Shown piece after piece: positions 1 to 11,893 of a stretch of DNA of 64,000 nt. Source of the DNA: Camelus dromedarius. Lineage: Eukaryota. Location of the stretch: NCBI RefSeq assembly GCF_036321535.1, contig NC_087447.1:13640001-13704000 (forward strand), given 5' to 3'. The notes beneath the pieces were generated by a model. That model had not been told where the DNA came from and made no database searches. It worked only from the letters and a program-made list of their open reading frames with translations. Positions within the stretch are counted from its first letter, which is position 1, and each line of letters opens with the position of its first letter. The translations under genes and the position numbers were made by a program.

Positions 1-24
1 AATAACATCTTTTTCTTATTGCAG

Positions 25-123
25 TGTTTGTAAGGTATTGTCACCATATATTCAATTAATATGAATAAGGAGAAATTTAGCCTCCTTTTATTTGTTTTTA
101 CAACTATCTGCAAAATGCCAGAG
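25..123 (+). other. Candidate upstream exon of the OR4C45-like gene
   Basis: Acceptor tcttttcttattgcAG ending at 24 and donor GAG|GTGAGT at 123/124. The next acceptor tctttccAG at 235-236 gives a 113-nt intron. Confidence 0.5.
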
Positions 124-269
124 GTGAGTGAAAGGTGTAGCTTCACCAATCCCAGAGCCCAGGACTAAAGAGGTGATGAACTATTTTAGCATTGAATTTA
201 ACATTTCATCACTCAGAAATAATGTGATCTTTCCAGATGGACCATGTGCTCATAACCCAAGATGAGTTG

Positions 270-1199
270 ATGGAAAGGATGGGCAATGTAACAGAATTCA
301 TCCTGCTGGGCCTGACCCAGAATCCAGAACTGCAGACATTCTTATTTGCTGTGGTTTTAATTACCTACTTGACCACATTGGCAGGTAACCTGCTCATCTC
401 AGTCACCATCTTCATCAGTCCAGCCCTGGGTTCTCCCATGTACTTTTTTCTATCCTGCTTATCCATTATAGATGGCTTCTACTCTTCTTCCATAGCACCC
501 AAAATGATCTTTGACTTGATCTCTGGAAAGAACACCATATCCTTCGATGGTTGCATGACTCAGCTCTTTGCTGAACATTTCTTTGCTGCAGCTGAGATTA
601 TCTTGTTAATTGCCATGGCCTATGACCGCTATGTAGCTATCTGTAAGCCTTTGCACTATATGACCATCATGAGCAGACATGTGTGTGGATTCCTGGTTGG
701 AATGGCTGGAGTTTTAGGGTTTCTTCATGGAGGGATCCAGGTTTTATTCATGATCCAGTTACCATTCTGTGGCCCCAATGTCATTGACCACTTTATGTGT
801 GATTTAATACCTCTCCTGGAGCTAGCCTGCACGGACACTCACACTTTGGGGCCTCTGATTGCTGCCAACAGTGGGTCACTGTGTTTGCTAACTTTCTCAA
901 TGCTGGTTGCCTCCTATGTTTTCATCCTGCGCTCCCTGAGGACTCACAGCTCTGAAGGGCGTCACAAAGCTCTGTCAACCTGTGCCTCTCATGTCACTGT
1001 TGTCATCTTATTCTTTGTACCGTGTTCACTCCTGTACCTAAGACCCGTGACCTCCTTCCCCACTGACAAAGCTGTGACTGTGTTTTGCACCATAGTAACT
1101 CCTATGTTGAACCCTTTAATCTACACCCTGAGAAATGCAGAAGTGAAAAATGTCATGAAGAAACTCTGGGGGCAAATAATGAAAACTAGCGATAGATAA
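270..1199 (+). CDS. OR4C45: Olfactory receptor, OR4C45-like (intact, 309 aa from ATG 270; ORF is open from ATG 237)
   Basis: 7TM OR motifs [60 protein letters not shown] glycosylation site near the start. Recalled human OR4C45 shares [35 protein letters not shown] and DKAVTVFCT. Confidence 0.9.
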   Translation: MERMGNVTEFILLGLTQNPELQTFLFAVVLITYLTTLAGNLLISVTIFISPALGSPMYFFLSCLSIIDGFYSSSIAPKMIFDLISGKNTISFDGCMTQLFAEHFFAAAEIILLIAMAYDRYVAICKPLHYMTIMSRHVCGFLVGMAGVLGFLHGGIQVLFMIQLPFCGPNVIDHFMCDLIPLLELACTDTHTLGPLIAANSGSLCLLTFSMLVASYVFILRSLRTHSSEGRHKALSTCASHVTVVILFFVPCSLLYLRPVTSFPTDKAVTVFCTIVTPMLNPLIYTLRNAEVKNVMKKLWGQIMKTSDR

Positions 1200-1337
1200 A
1201 TCTTGGGTGGAGTGTGTAGGCAAAAAAAAAAAAATCTAGTGATATTTCATAGAGCTTTATTCCTCTTCATAGCTAATTAAACTTGGAAAAATTATCCAGT
1301 CTGGATCAGTTTTCTTCAGGAGCCCATATATTGTGAG

Positions 1338-1581
1338 CAGGGCTGATATCCTTGAAGGCATAGTAGATGCGGTGCCTGGAGCCCACAATGGTTTTAGGAT
1401 CCCCTGAAATGTTTTAGTTTCTTTTAAAACATAAAAAATTAATATACTCCAAATGCAACTTGGATTATAGACATCTATACATCAATGCAGTCATAAAATA
1501 TAACTTTTCATATTTTTATGGAGGAAGGGCCCCATGAAGGCAGACGTACCAAGGGCCCACAAAAGTCATAATGTTGCCCTG
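1338..1581. mobile_element. Non-autonomous hAT DNA transposon (MER96B-like)
   Basis: Termini CAGGGC...GCCCTG, recalled internal similarity to MER96B, and degenerate 8-bp TSD attgtgag / gttgtggg. Confidence 0.6.
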
Positions 1582-3087
1582 GTTGTGGGTATGAAATAGA
1601 TCAACAGCAATATTCTTGAACACTCATTATACCCAGCGCTATAGCTAGAACTAAGTTTTATTTTAAAAGAGGAAAAACAATTATACATTTTTAAAGGTGT
1701 AGAACAGTAGGAAAAAAGTCTTCAAAGTGCATTTATCAAAATATACTTTTTCTGACCTTTCTAAATGTGAGAGGCTTATAAATGTTCTCCCACCACGGCA
1801 AATAAAAACTTTTACTTACCACAGTCCCAAGAAGAGAGCATTTGCACACAAAAGTACTTTCCAACAATTATATTTCCATCATTCCCCGTAGTAGACAGTA
1901 GTCTACAAAAAGAGTTGGAAATAGAATCAGCTGGCATAAAAGAAACGTAATTGATAAAGTCTGCAGAGTTAAGGCAGAAAATACCTGTACATTAAAATCT
2001 GGGTTTAGACACGGACAAAGGAAATCTTCTGAAAACGAAACAGCTGTTATAGGAAATTACCCATGATTTAAGAACAAGTGTGTGTCATGGAACCAGACAA
2101 CAATCACAAATCTGAATTATAGAAAAGAATCCATACCATGAACATAATGAAGTTTTAAGAGATTCAGAAATAGTCTGATGCTTTGAAGTCAGAGATTAAG
2201 AACTTTGGATCAAAAGATCTTAATTTCTCATTTTGTCTCCAGCATTAATCAGTCTTGTCAATGTTAGCAAATTGCTTCCCCTCTCTACCTGTGTTTTTCA
2301 TCTGTAAAAAGGAAATGACATTGCATACTTCCTTAAGTTGTGAGAATTAAATGACTTAAATTGGAAAAATGAGTCAGCTAAAAATTGGTGAAAATTGCTC
2401 AGACACTGTTACAGCCTTCAGAGACACCACCAGAGCATGAGGTATGCTGGGGCCTGCTGTTCCTGACAGAGGAGCTCAAGAACACTGCTACTGCCATTTA
2501 CTAACCATGATCACAGGAAGACCAAAGGTCTGTCCCAGACTCACTTTGCTTCAACATAGGTCATAAATGCCATCCACTTATGAGTTCAGACAGCGTGGCA
2601 GTGAGTTATCTCAGCTGGAGAGCAGGTCTCTGGATACTAAGAGCTAGCCCAACACCAACTCCCTCTTCTGGAATAAAAATGCCATTAAATATCTCTGCAG
2701 TTACTAATGGGAGAGCTGGTTGGATCAACTGTGAGACACTAGAGCAGAACTTCTATCAAAAGCTCTAATGATGGCTCCTGTCCCATTCTGGTCCTCCAGA
2801 ATAAATAGGAGAAATAGAGAAATAGGTCTCTGGGCCAGAGACCAAAAGGACAATCTCTGTACAGAGCTTGCGATTTGGGGGGAAGAGCTCAGAACTTGTG
2901 TTCAGGAGATTTCTCAACCAAGGACTTGAGTATCATGTGACGCTGTCATTTCTCATGTTCTCAGGACTTTATATCAGGCTAGATATTACTGTACACATAA
3001 ATAACTTTGAAAAATAGATGTTTTGCCATAATTTCTTGTGAGTAACCATTTTGTAAACATATACAAGCAACAATATGTTTTTTCCTC

Positions 3088-4026
3088 TTTTTATTGATGG
3101 ACAGTTGATTGATAATATTGTATTAGTTTCAGGTGTACAGCATAGTGATTCAGTTCTTTTTTCTGGTTGTATTCCATTATAGGTTATTATAAGATATTGA
3201 ATATAATTCCCTGTGCTATACAGTAAAGCCTTGTTGCTTCTGTATTTAATGTATAGTAGCTTTTATCTGTGAATCCTGTAACTCTAATTCATTCCTCCCT
3301 GACTCCTTCACCTCCCTGGTAACCATAAGTTTGTCTTCTATGCCTGTGAGTTTGTTTCTGTTTTGTATATAGATTCATTTGTATTAATTTTTAGATTCCA
3401 CATGTAAGTGATACCCTATGATACTTGTCTTTCTCTGTCTGACTTAACTCACTTAGTATAATATTNNNNNNNNNNNNNNNNNNNNNNNNNNNNNNNNNNN
3501 NNNNNNNNNNNNNNNNNNNNNNNNNNNNNNNNNNNNNNNNNNNNNNNNNNNNNNNNNNNNNNNNNNNNNNNNNNNNNNNNNNNNNNNNNNNNNNNNNNNN
3601 NNNNNNNNNNNNNNNNNNNNNNNNNNNNNNNNNNNNNNNNNNNNNNNNNTTTTGAATTAGAGTTTTCATTTTTTTTACAGATATATGCCCAGGAGTGGAG
3701 GTGCTGGATCACATAGTAGTTCTGTTTTCAGTTTTTAAGAAATCTCCATACTGTCCTCCATAGTGGCTGAACCAATCTACATTCCTACCAACAGTGTAGG
3801 AGGGTTCTCTTTTCTCCACATCTTCTCTAGCATTTATTATTTGTAGACTTTTTGATGATGGCCATTCTGATTGGTGTGAGGTAATACCTTGTTGTGGTTT
3901 TAACTTGCATTTCTCTGATGATTAGCGATGCTGATCACTTTTTCATATGCCTGCTGGCCATATGAATGTCTTCCTTGGAAAAATGTCTATTTAGAGCTTC
4001 CATGCATTTTTCCATTGGGTTGTTTG
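3088..4026 (-). mobile_element. LINE-1 3' fragment (ORF2 C-terminus and 3' UTR), interrupted by an N gap
   Basis: T-rich reversed tail, typical artiodactyl L1 3' UTR, and minus-strand peptide NIILSELSQTEKDKYHRVSLTCGI matching the L1 ORF2 end. Confidence 0.85.
3466..3649. other. Assembly gap (184 N) inside L1
   Basis: Run of N. Confidence 1.
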
Positions 4027-5859
4027 AAAAAGCAAAAGTATGTTTAAAAAATCAAACTTATATTTTAAACATCTATTTGTAGTTCCCAAGAAAGATGGAA
4101 TGAAAGATAATGTAAAAATAAAAATGGTGGTGATGATAGCTAACGTTTACTGAGCACTTTCTGTGCATAAAATCTTGACCTAAGCACTCATTTTGTATGT
4201 TTCGGAAGCAGCAAATTTCTGACGTTAGTTTATGTCTTATTTTAATTTGTTTTAAACCTCAAACTGTGGAACTTACTTCTGCCTAAAATATCTCCTTATT
4301 TGAGCATAATGGTGAACCTATCTTTAGGACGGTGTAAACGTCAGTAAAACAACGCTAGTGCAGATAATCACGACATCTCTTATTTGTGCGTTTACTATGT
4401 GCGAAGTGCCTGATAATCCATTTTGTTATTCAGTCCTCACTACAGCCCAGTAAGTGCAGTAATATTGATTCTCCCACTTCATAAATTAGGAAACAAAGGG
4501 CCAGAGAGGTTAGTTATATTGTTCAAGATCAATTAGCTAAAATTCGGCTGAATCAGAATTCAAATCGAACTCCATCTGACCCAAAGCCTGTGTGCTTCAC
4601 TAAACTCATTTTGCCTTCCCTTAAACAGATGACAAACTGAACTTCTTACAATTTTCTTCTTGAAACCCTTTGGCCTTAATTGTTTAAGCCAATTTGAAGG
4701 TGGATTTCCCTCATCGATAGCCCTGAAGTACACGAGTCTGCAAAGAACCAGCTAGTCCATAATTTATAGCTCCGTGAATGTTTTGATTCCCATGTAACAG
4801 GAAATTCCCTCAAAGTTATTTTCTTCTTTATCTGCACTAGTTCATATATAAAGGAATATCCTATGGCTTTTATAGTAGTACTTCCTCTGATAAATTTTTT
4901 AATTAGCAAATATATTTGATATGAATATATGTTTATCCTGCCTTTGTCCTAAAAAAGAAAAAAGAAGAAAAAACTTGAGGGAGGGGAATGTGTAAGCAAG
5001 ATAGAAAATTATTTTTTAAGAAGCTCTCTCTAGTAACCAGGTAACAAGAAGCTATGGAATAAAAATTCCAAATACAGGTCTTCTTTCTTTATTCCACAAG
5101 TGTATTTTCAACAGTACTTAACATTCAGAGGCTTACATTATCTCTAGTCTTTATATTTCTGTTTCCCACTAGAAGGAAGAGACACTAACATTCATCAGGC
5201 TCCTATCACCAGTCAGACATGAGGCTCTTCCCACACGTTCTCCTTTCATAAGGCATGAGGATTAAATTGCCCATTTTTGGACAAGCGAACTGAGGATCAG
5301 AAAGGTTTGTTTGCCTAAGATAACTTGTAAGTTGAACAAAGAAATAATTTAGCTCCAGAGAGTAATTTTTAGGATGGTAGAGGCTTAACCAAGTTTACGG
5401 AAGAGTTTGAAGGAGGAAGTGAAGGAGGAGAAAAAGAGGATGATGACTAGAAGGGTGTCTACCAAACTGTTGATGGTGATTATCTCTAGGTAATGGGCTT
5501 ATAAGAGGATTTATACACATGCATGTGTGTGTTGCCAATCTTTATTTCTTATTTTCTAAATTTTAAAATAGATATGTGTTTGGGAGGAAAGATGTCTTAC
5601 AGAGGCTCCAAAATATAGACACCACTTCCTTTGTAAACAAGATTAGTAATAATTTTTAAATCATCTAGAAAACTTCTGGTGATATTTACTCATGTATTTA
5701 TTCTAGCAGGTTGCAGTTTTTCAAAAATAAGCAGCATTCATAAGTTGTTGGGCCATTGTTAATCATGATTTGGACAGCAAAACACAAGAGTGCACTTGGA
5801 TCCAACCTTTATGCTGTTTGATATTTTAACTGTACTAAAAATAAAAGTGTGTTCAAATT

Positions 5860-5981
5860 GGTGGGGGGGGGGTGGTAATTAGATTTATTTATTCTTTTTT
5901 AAATGGAGGTACTGGGGATTGAACCCAGGACCTCATACATGCTAAGCATGCACTTTACCACTGAGCTATACCCTCCCCCCT
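5860..5981 (-). mobile_element. Vic-1-type camelid tRNA-derived SINE
   Basis: Reverse complement reads GGGGAGGGTATAGCTCAGTGGTAAAGTGCATGCTTAGCATG...GGTCCTGGGTTCAATCCCCAGTACCTCCA...aataaataaatctaattacc. 8-bp TSD ttcaaatt at 5852-5859 and 5982-5989. Confidence 0.9.
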
Positions 5982-6859
5982 TTCAAATTTTTAACTAAAG
6001 TAAGTATGCTTTTCTAGAAAGCCTCTTGAGATAAAATTGTGGCAAGCTGGCAAAATAGGCTATTTATAGTAAGCCTCGCCATGATTTCATATTTCTTAGC
6101 TGATTGAAAAGTTGGCTCAATTATATTTTTATTATCTAACATCAGAAATGAATAGATACAGAATTTTAGAGCTGTTATACAAAGCTATTATAAAATAAAC
6201 TGTCAAGATGTGACAAAGTGAAAGAAGACAATGTTTATTTTGCCTAATAACTCTGCATGAGTTCTGCAAAGAACCAGCTAGTCGTCTTTTTGTTAGGCAT
6301 AGAAGTTTGGGGCTAAAACAGTATTTCCTGATGATCTGAACTCATCAGTTGTTGGAGGCTAATTTTGAATATGCTTAGAGTAGAAAGATTGCTCTTCATA
6401 TCAATTTCTAGTTTGTTTTTTCTTAGGGCAAAAAGTAGATATTTGCAACATGGTGAATTACAGATTATTTGTCAAACAAAGAATAAGTTTATTATACATT
6501 ATGGGAGCCTGCGCTGTTAAAGGGTGAAGCCTGGGATGGGATGTGGTCACAGTGTGTAAAGTCAGGAAAGTAATGGAATGAACATGGTTGTATGTCTCAG
6601 ATTCCAGAACACTAGAATCACTTAGAGCTTGAAACAGAGTGAGTTAGGAGAAATGAAAGGAAATGCCACTTTGCGTCACTGGCTAAAATATAAGCCATTC
6701 TGTTCTAAGTGAAGCATATATTTCAAACATAGTAGAGATAGAAAACAAAAGAAAGCAGTGTCTTTAGAAAAGGTTACAAAAGGACTGAAGTAGAATAATT
6801 ACAACAGATAAAATTTGGGGGGAATGGGTAATATATGCCATAAATTGGATTAAGAACTT

Positions 6860-7065
6860 TACATGAAATGAATTTCTGCTTCATACCATACAGAAAAATC
6901 AACTCCAAATGAATTACGAATTCAAATACTAAAAGAAGAACTTTAATTCTTTTATAAGAAATAATAGGTCAGTATCTCCCTAATTCTGGGATAGGAGAGG
7001 ATTTCTTAAACAAAACCCAAAAAGCATAATGTTAAGAAAAGTAAATAAATTAATTTACATTAAAA
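6860..7065 (+). mobile_element. Old LINE-1 ORF2 fragment
   Basis: cttcataccatacagaaaaatcaactccaaatg...gatttcttaaacaaaacccaaaaagca is typical of the L1M ORF2 3' region. Confidence 0.6.
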
Positions 7066-7824
7066 AAAAAAGAAGAAGAAGAACTTTACATGGGTTATCT
7101 AACTTAATTCTCAGGATAAAATATACTTTAGACATGTATTATCATTACCTTTATTTTAAAGACAAGCATTGAGGCTTGTAGAAGTTTGGTCACTTAGCCA
7201 AGGGCATGCCATGAGGAAGCATGGGATATAAGACTCAAACGCAGGTTGATCTGTCTCCGGAACCAAGATCTCGCCGTGTGCTGTAGTGTACTCCTGTACT
7301 GCTGATGTCATAAAGGTGATGAGAAGGAATAAGAGCCAAGCCTCTGTGCACACAGACTGCTGTATGTGGCTAAGTGTGAAGTTGTTTGCCGTAAGTTGTG
7401 TTTTGTCTTCCATTTCTACAGTTCAGTCAACTATCACACGGACTCAAATAATGTTAACATAGATTTCTATTTAAATATCAGGATGATGGATCAAAAATAA
7501 CTGACTTTAAGTTTCAGTTTAGGCATTTCAAAGCTAGATAACCTTAATTAATCAATTAACTACATCAGGAGACACTGTTTCCTTATTTCTGAAACAGGGA
7601 TAATAATCATTCGTGCCATGTACATTTCACACAGATGTTTTATAATCAAATCATGCGGTTCAAGTGAAAGACTAAGAATGCTATAAAAGTTTATGAAGAC
7701 GAATAAATGGATATGATGGATTAGGATGGCATATGGTAATAAAAAACAAGCTTTAGTTTGTTCCTCTTTCAGAAATAGTCATTTTTATTTCCTGCTTTAC
7801 CGCTCCTTATCCACCTGCAATTTC

Positions 7825-8733
7825 TTACTGTGTGAAGAACCTTCTCATGGCATTTTTTACCTCTTCATTTCTCAGGGTGTAAATGAGTGGATTCAACATG
7901 GGTGTTATGATACCATAAAATACTGCCATGTTTTTGTCTATAGATAAAGTAGATGATGGACGCACGTACGTAAACACACAGGGCACAAAGAACAAGGCAA
8001 CAACAGTGAAGTGGGCCCCGCAGGTGGAGAGGGCTTTGCGCCTCCCGTCCGCACTGTGAGACCTCAAGGAGCGAAGGATGACGATGTAGGAGGCAGCCAG
8101 CATGAGGAAGTTCAACAGGCAGATCGCACCACTGTTGGCCACCACCAGCAGACCAATGCCGTATGTGTTGGTGCAGGCAAGCTCCAGCAAGGGGTACAAA
8201 TCACAGACAAAGTGATTGATCACATTAGGGCCACAAAAGGGCAACTGAAGGACTAGCAAGAGCTGAACCAATGAATGCAGGAAGCCCCCAAGCCAAGCCA
8301 TCCCCACCAGCATGGCACAGAGACGCCTGGTCATGATGGTCATGTAGCGCAGGGGCTTGCAGATGGCCACGTAGCGGTCATAGGCCATCCCTGTGAGCAG
8401 GATGATCCCAACACCTCCAAAAAAATGGGCTCCAAAGAGCTGAGCCATGCAGCCCTCATAAGAGATGGCTCTCCCCTCATACAAGGAGTCAGCAATGAGT
8501 CTAGGGGCCATAGAGGAAGAATAACAGGTGTCAATAAAGGACAGATTGGCCAGGAAAAAATACATGGGGGAAGCCAGGGTAGGACTGGCGGTGATGGTGA
8601 CCACAATGAGAATGTTGCCACAAACTGTGACCACATAGATGATCAAAAAGATCACAAAGAGAACTCTCTGTACTTCCGGGTTCTGTGAGAGTCCCAGCAT
8701 GAAAAATTCTGTGATATTATGTAGTATTTCCAT
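7825..8733 (-). CDS. OR4C3: Olfactory receptor OR4C3 ortholog (302 aa, intact)
   Basis: True ATG at 8733 (the ORF-track start at 8748 is GTG). [26 protein letters not shown]...[37 protein letters not shown] closely matches recalled human OR4C3. Splice acceptor ttgactttatAG at 8771-8772. Confidence 0.92.
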   Translation of the reverse strand: MEILHNITEFFMLGLSQNPEVQRVLFVIFLIIYVVTVCGNILIVVTITASPTLASPMYFFLANLSFIDTCYSSSMAPRLIADSLYEGRAISYEGCMAQLFGAHFFGGVGIILLTGMAYDRYVAICKPLRYMTIMTRRLCAMLVGMAWLGGFLHSLVQLLLVLQLPFCGPNVINHFVCDLYPLLELACTNTYGIGLLVVANSGAICLLNFLMLAASYIVILRSLRSHSADGRRKALSTCGAHFTVVALFFVPCVFTYVRPSSTLSIDKNMAVFYGIITPMLNPLIYTLRNEEVKNAMRRFFTQ

Positions 8734-10094
8734 AAAGTCCAAGGACACTGAGGATGCAGTACAGTATTGCCTATAAAGTCAAGGGAGAAACATAATTGTA
8801 GCAGAACTCATCATAGGGAGAAAGTATTACAAGATTTCCTTTAGCCACACTGACTTCCCTTTTCCCTCTTAACCCTTTCTGTTCCAAAATTCTTGTACCA
8901 ATCCATCCTGGTAACCAGAAAATGTGAGCATGTCTGTTCACTTTAATATCGCTGGGCACTAGATATCTAACTCATTATGTGGAAATAATTATTTAATTAT
9001 CTAAACTTTAACTTATTTTGTTTCTACTGAAATTGAGCTTTTGGCAGACACTGATTTTCTGTCAGCTGGAGTGCATACCTGACAATTTTCAGCAGGGCTC
9101 CATATATATGCAGTGGCACTTGAGGCCTCCATGAATATTTAGGATCTCCTGAAACCTCTACACGTATAGTCCTTACCTTTTGAGTTAAATCTTTCTTCCT
9201 GGGCTTTGCAATGAGGTTCGCTACACTTTCTGCTGTGTTTCCAATGAGTAACACAGGTGGGTGCAAAGCAAACTGAAGTAAGACTGGGAGAAACTGATGT
9301 GGTTGCAGCTGGAGACTTGCCCAAATTCTCTATTTCTCTCCATGTTCATTTACTCCCACTTCATGCCTGTGCTGTGGACAGTTATCATGTCTAAGAAGTT
9401 CAATTCCTCTTCCCCCTTGCTTTACACATCATACAGACTTCGGGGCTTTGCTTTCCCTGGATTTGGTGAAATCCTTCTAGTTAATGGCTACCAGACCTTC
9501 CACAGTCTACAGGGATGAGTCAAAGTAAAAATATTTTTTTTTAAGTTTTGTGATCATCAGTGAAAACTCTATGACATGGTTATCTACCTGTTCAGGACAC
9601 AAAGGAAGGTACAGGAGCAGGGAGAACAGATGCCCTGTCTCAGCCATCTATAAATCAGAATCTCATCTGGCAGAACATTCCTACTTACCCTTTCTTCTCC
9701 TAACTATATTAAGGAAATGCCTGTGCCTGTATTAGTTCTGGTTAAACAAAAAACTGTCACTCATCTATTATTACACCAACCATCTATTGTTTTCCTGGAA
9801 ACATAGGCCTTCTTAAAGTAGCTAAATCACCCAACTTGCTGAAAATCTGATGCCCAATATAAGAATTAAAGGAGAATCATTGAGTGTCAAAGGACGCAAA
9901 GGAAGAAACAGATACCCAGATATAAGAAATGCTGGAGAGAAGATTCCTGTACTGATCAGGAAACTGCACCCTTTTTCTCTTTCCAAGCTTTGTCGCAAGA
10001 AGGCAAATGCAGCTTCTGCGAGTGACGAGGCTGATGGGGACCTTTTCAGAGAAGAACATTGTGGCCAAGAGCACAGACGGCAGTCATAGGAGCC

Positions 10095-10330
10095 AACAGC
10101 TGCGTAGCACTTACCCTGTGCCAAGCACTGTCCTAATTGCTTTCGATAGATCAGCTCACTTTAATCCTCATGTCACCCCCCATGATTACTGTTTTCATCC
10201 TTATTTTACAGAGGAAGAAAGTGAGGCACGTTTAGAAACTTACGGGAGCGTACTCAGCCAAGCACGGGAGCTGGGGCTTGCGCCCAGGCAGCCTTGCGAT
10301 GAGAGTCTGTGGGCTTCACCATACAATACT
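10095..10330 (-). mobile_element. MIR SINE
   Basis: MIR core ttttacagaggaagaaagtgaggcac with the expected flanks. Confidence 0.7.
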
Positions 10331-11677
10331 GTCACTTAAATTCATTCGGGTTTGAATACTTCCTCTGCCGTTTATTTTCCATGTGATCATGGACAACTTC
10401 TCCAAGCCTCAACGTTCTTAGCTATAAAATGAAAATAAGTACTGTTGCACTTTGAGTTTGCAAAGCGCAGTAAATAAAAACAGTGCATGTCAAGCATTTG
10501 CACAGAGGTCGGATGTGATAAACATTCAATAAACAGAATCTCTGAAGTCACCATCATCAATGCCAGGAGCAATGAATTCTTCATGTGGCTTAAGGTGCCA
10601 AGGACCTAAGAGTATGCAGGTATTGCAATGGATATAATTTTATTATAAATATGAAAAATTCCCTAAAACTGATCCCCAAAACGGAACAAAAGAGTAAATG
10701 CAATCAATATGAATAATAGACAATTTAGTCATATAATGAATTTGTATGCCCCAAAAGAAAACTGTTAAGCTAGTTCATTTCTGTGATTCAAGTTTGTGGG
10801 AGTACAAAATAAATTATTTGTTAAAAACTAGCAAAAAAGAAAAAAAGGAAGTCTCTTGTTTGAGTTATCCATGAGAAACAAAATTATTTTGTGGAAACAG
10901 AACTTTAGTAAAATTATCCCATGCCGTTTTTATTTGAGTTGCATTTTTCTTTTATTTAATTTTTTAAATAGATTATAGAAAACTTACACTGACTGGATCT
11001 GAGGACACAAACAGGTCACCAGGGGTTTTGATTTTGGTTTTGATTTTTTACATCCTAACATCGTGGAATAGTGGACCTGAGAGAGTTCTTAAAGGGTCAT
11101 CTAGACCAGCTCCAAGCATATCATCCCAAAGTTCACTGTTTCACGTGATTAAACTCCTGGATGGGATTAAAATTGTTTTTCTCATTTAGGCAAACTCTCA
11201 GACTGGGCAGGTGTATTGATTGCAGAAAGGCATCAGAGCTGAAAGTTTCTCAGAATATTACAAGGTGAAAACTCAAAAGGAAGTCATTCATTTACAAGCA
11301 GCTGGGAATTTGCTCCATTATCCATTTCTCTCGCATTTGCTGAAGAACCCTACGGCCTTTAAAATCATCTTTTCCAATTGTCTTGGTTTTAAAGATGGTG
11401 GATTTAAGACTCAGGGAGGTGAGATGCAGCTTGTCCAAAGTCGCGCTGGTGCTTCATGACGGAGGCACAGAAGGTACCCAGGTACTCATCGCTCCAGCCT
11501 GTGACCTTTCCAACATCACGACCACCTTCCACTATCTGTTTTCTGTATCTGTGACAAGCCAAAAAAAAAAGAAAGAAAAAGAAAAAAAAGAAAAGAAAAA
11601 GTGCTGCTGCAAACATTAGGGAGAAAAGCCCCATAAAAAGTGTAGCTGGCTTGTTAGCTCTGCTCTCTGCTAAGAAG

Positions 11678-11893
11678 ACTCACCAACAGAGTCTCAGAGA
11701 AAGTCTTTCTCTTTCCGCTGAAAAGGTTGTTTATAAAGTAGGAGTGATAACACAGGGATTATCAGTGCTATGTCTCTGAGGGAGACTAATTCTCTGCTCA
11801 CAGGATCACTTGCTGAAAAAGTTCTGCAGTGAGCTTTTGCCTCATTCTCAGGTTAGAGCAATGGGATGCCGTCATTTAATTAGTCCCTTTGAA
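11678..11893 (-). promoter_or_regulatory. Candidate OR4C3 promoter and first non-coding exon
   Basis: Homeodomain plus O/E-like composite TTTAATTAGTCCCTTTGAA at 11875-11893, a second O/E-like plus HD site TCTCTGAGGGAGACTAATT near 11773-11791, and minus-strand donor G|GTGAGT at 11684/11683. Confidence 0.4.
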
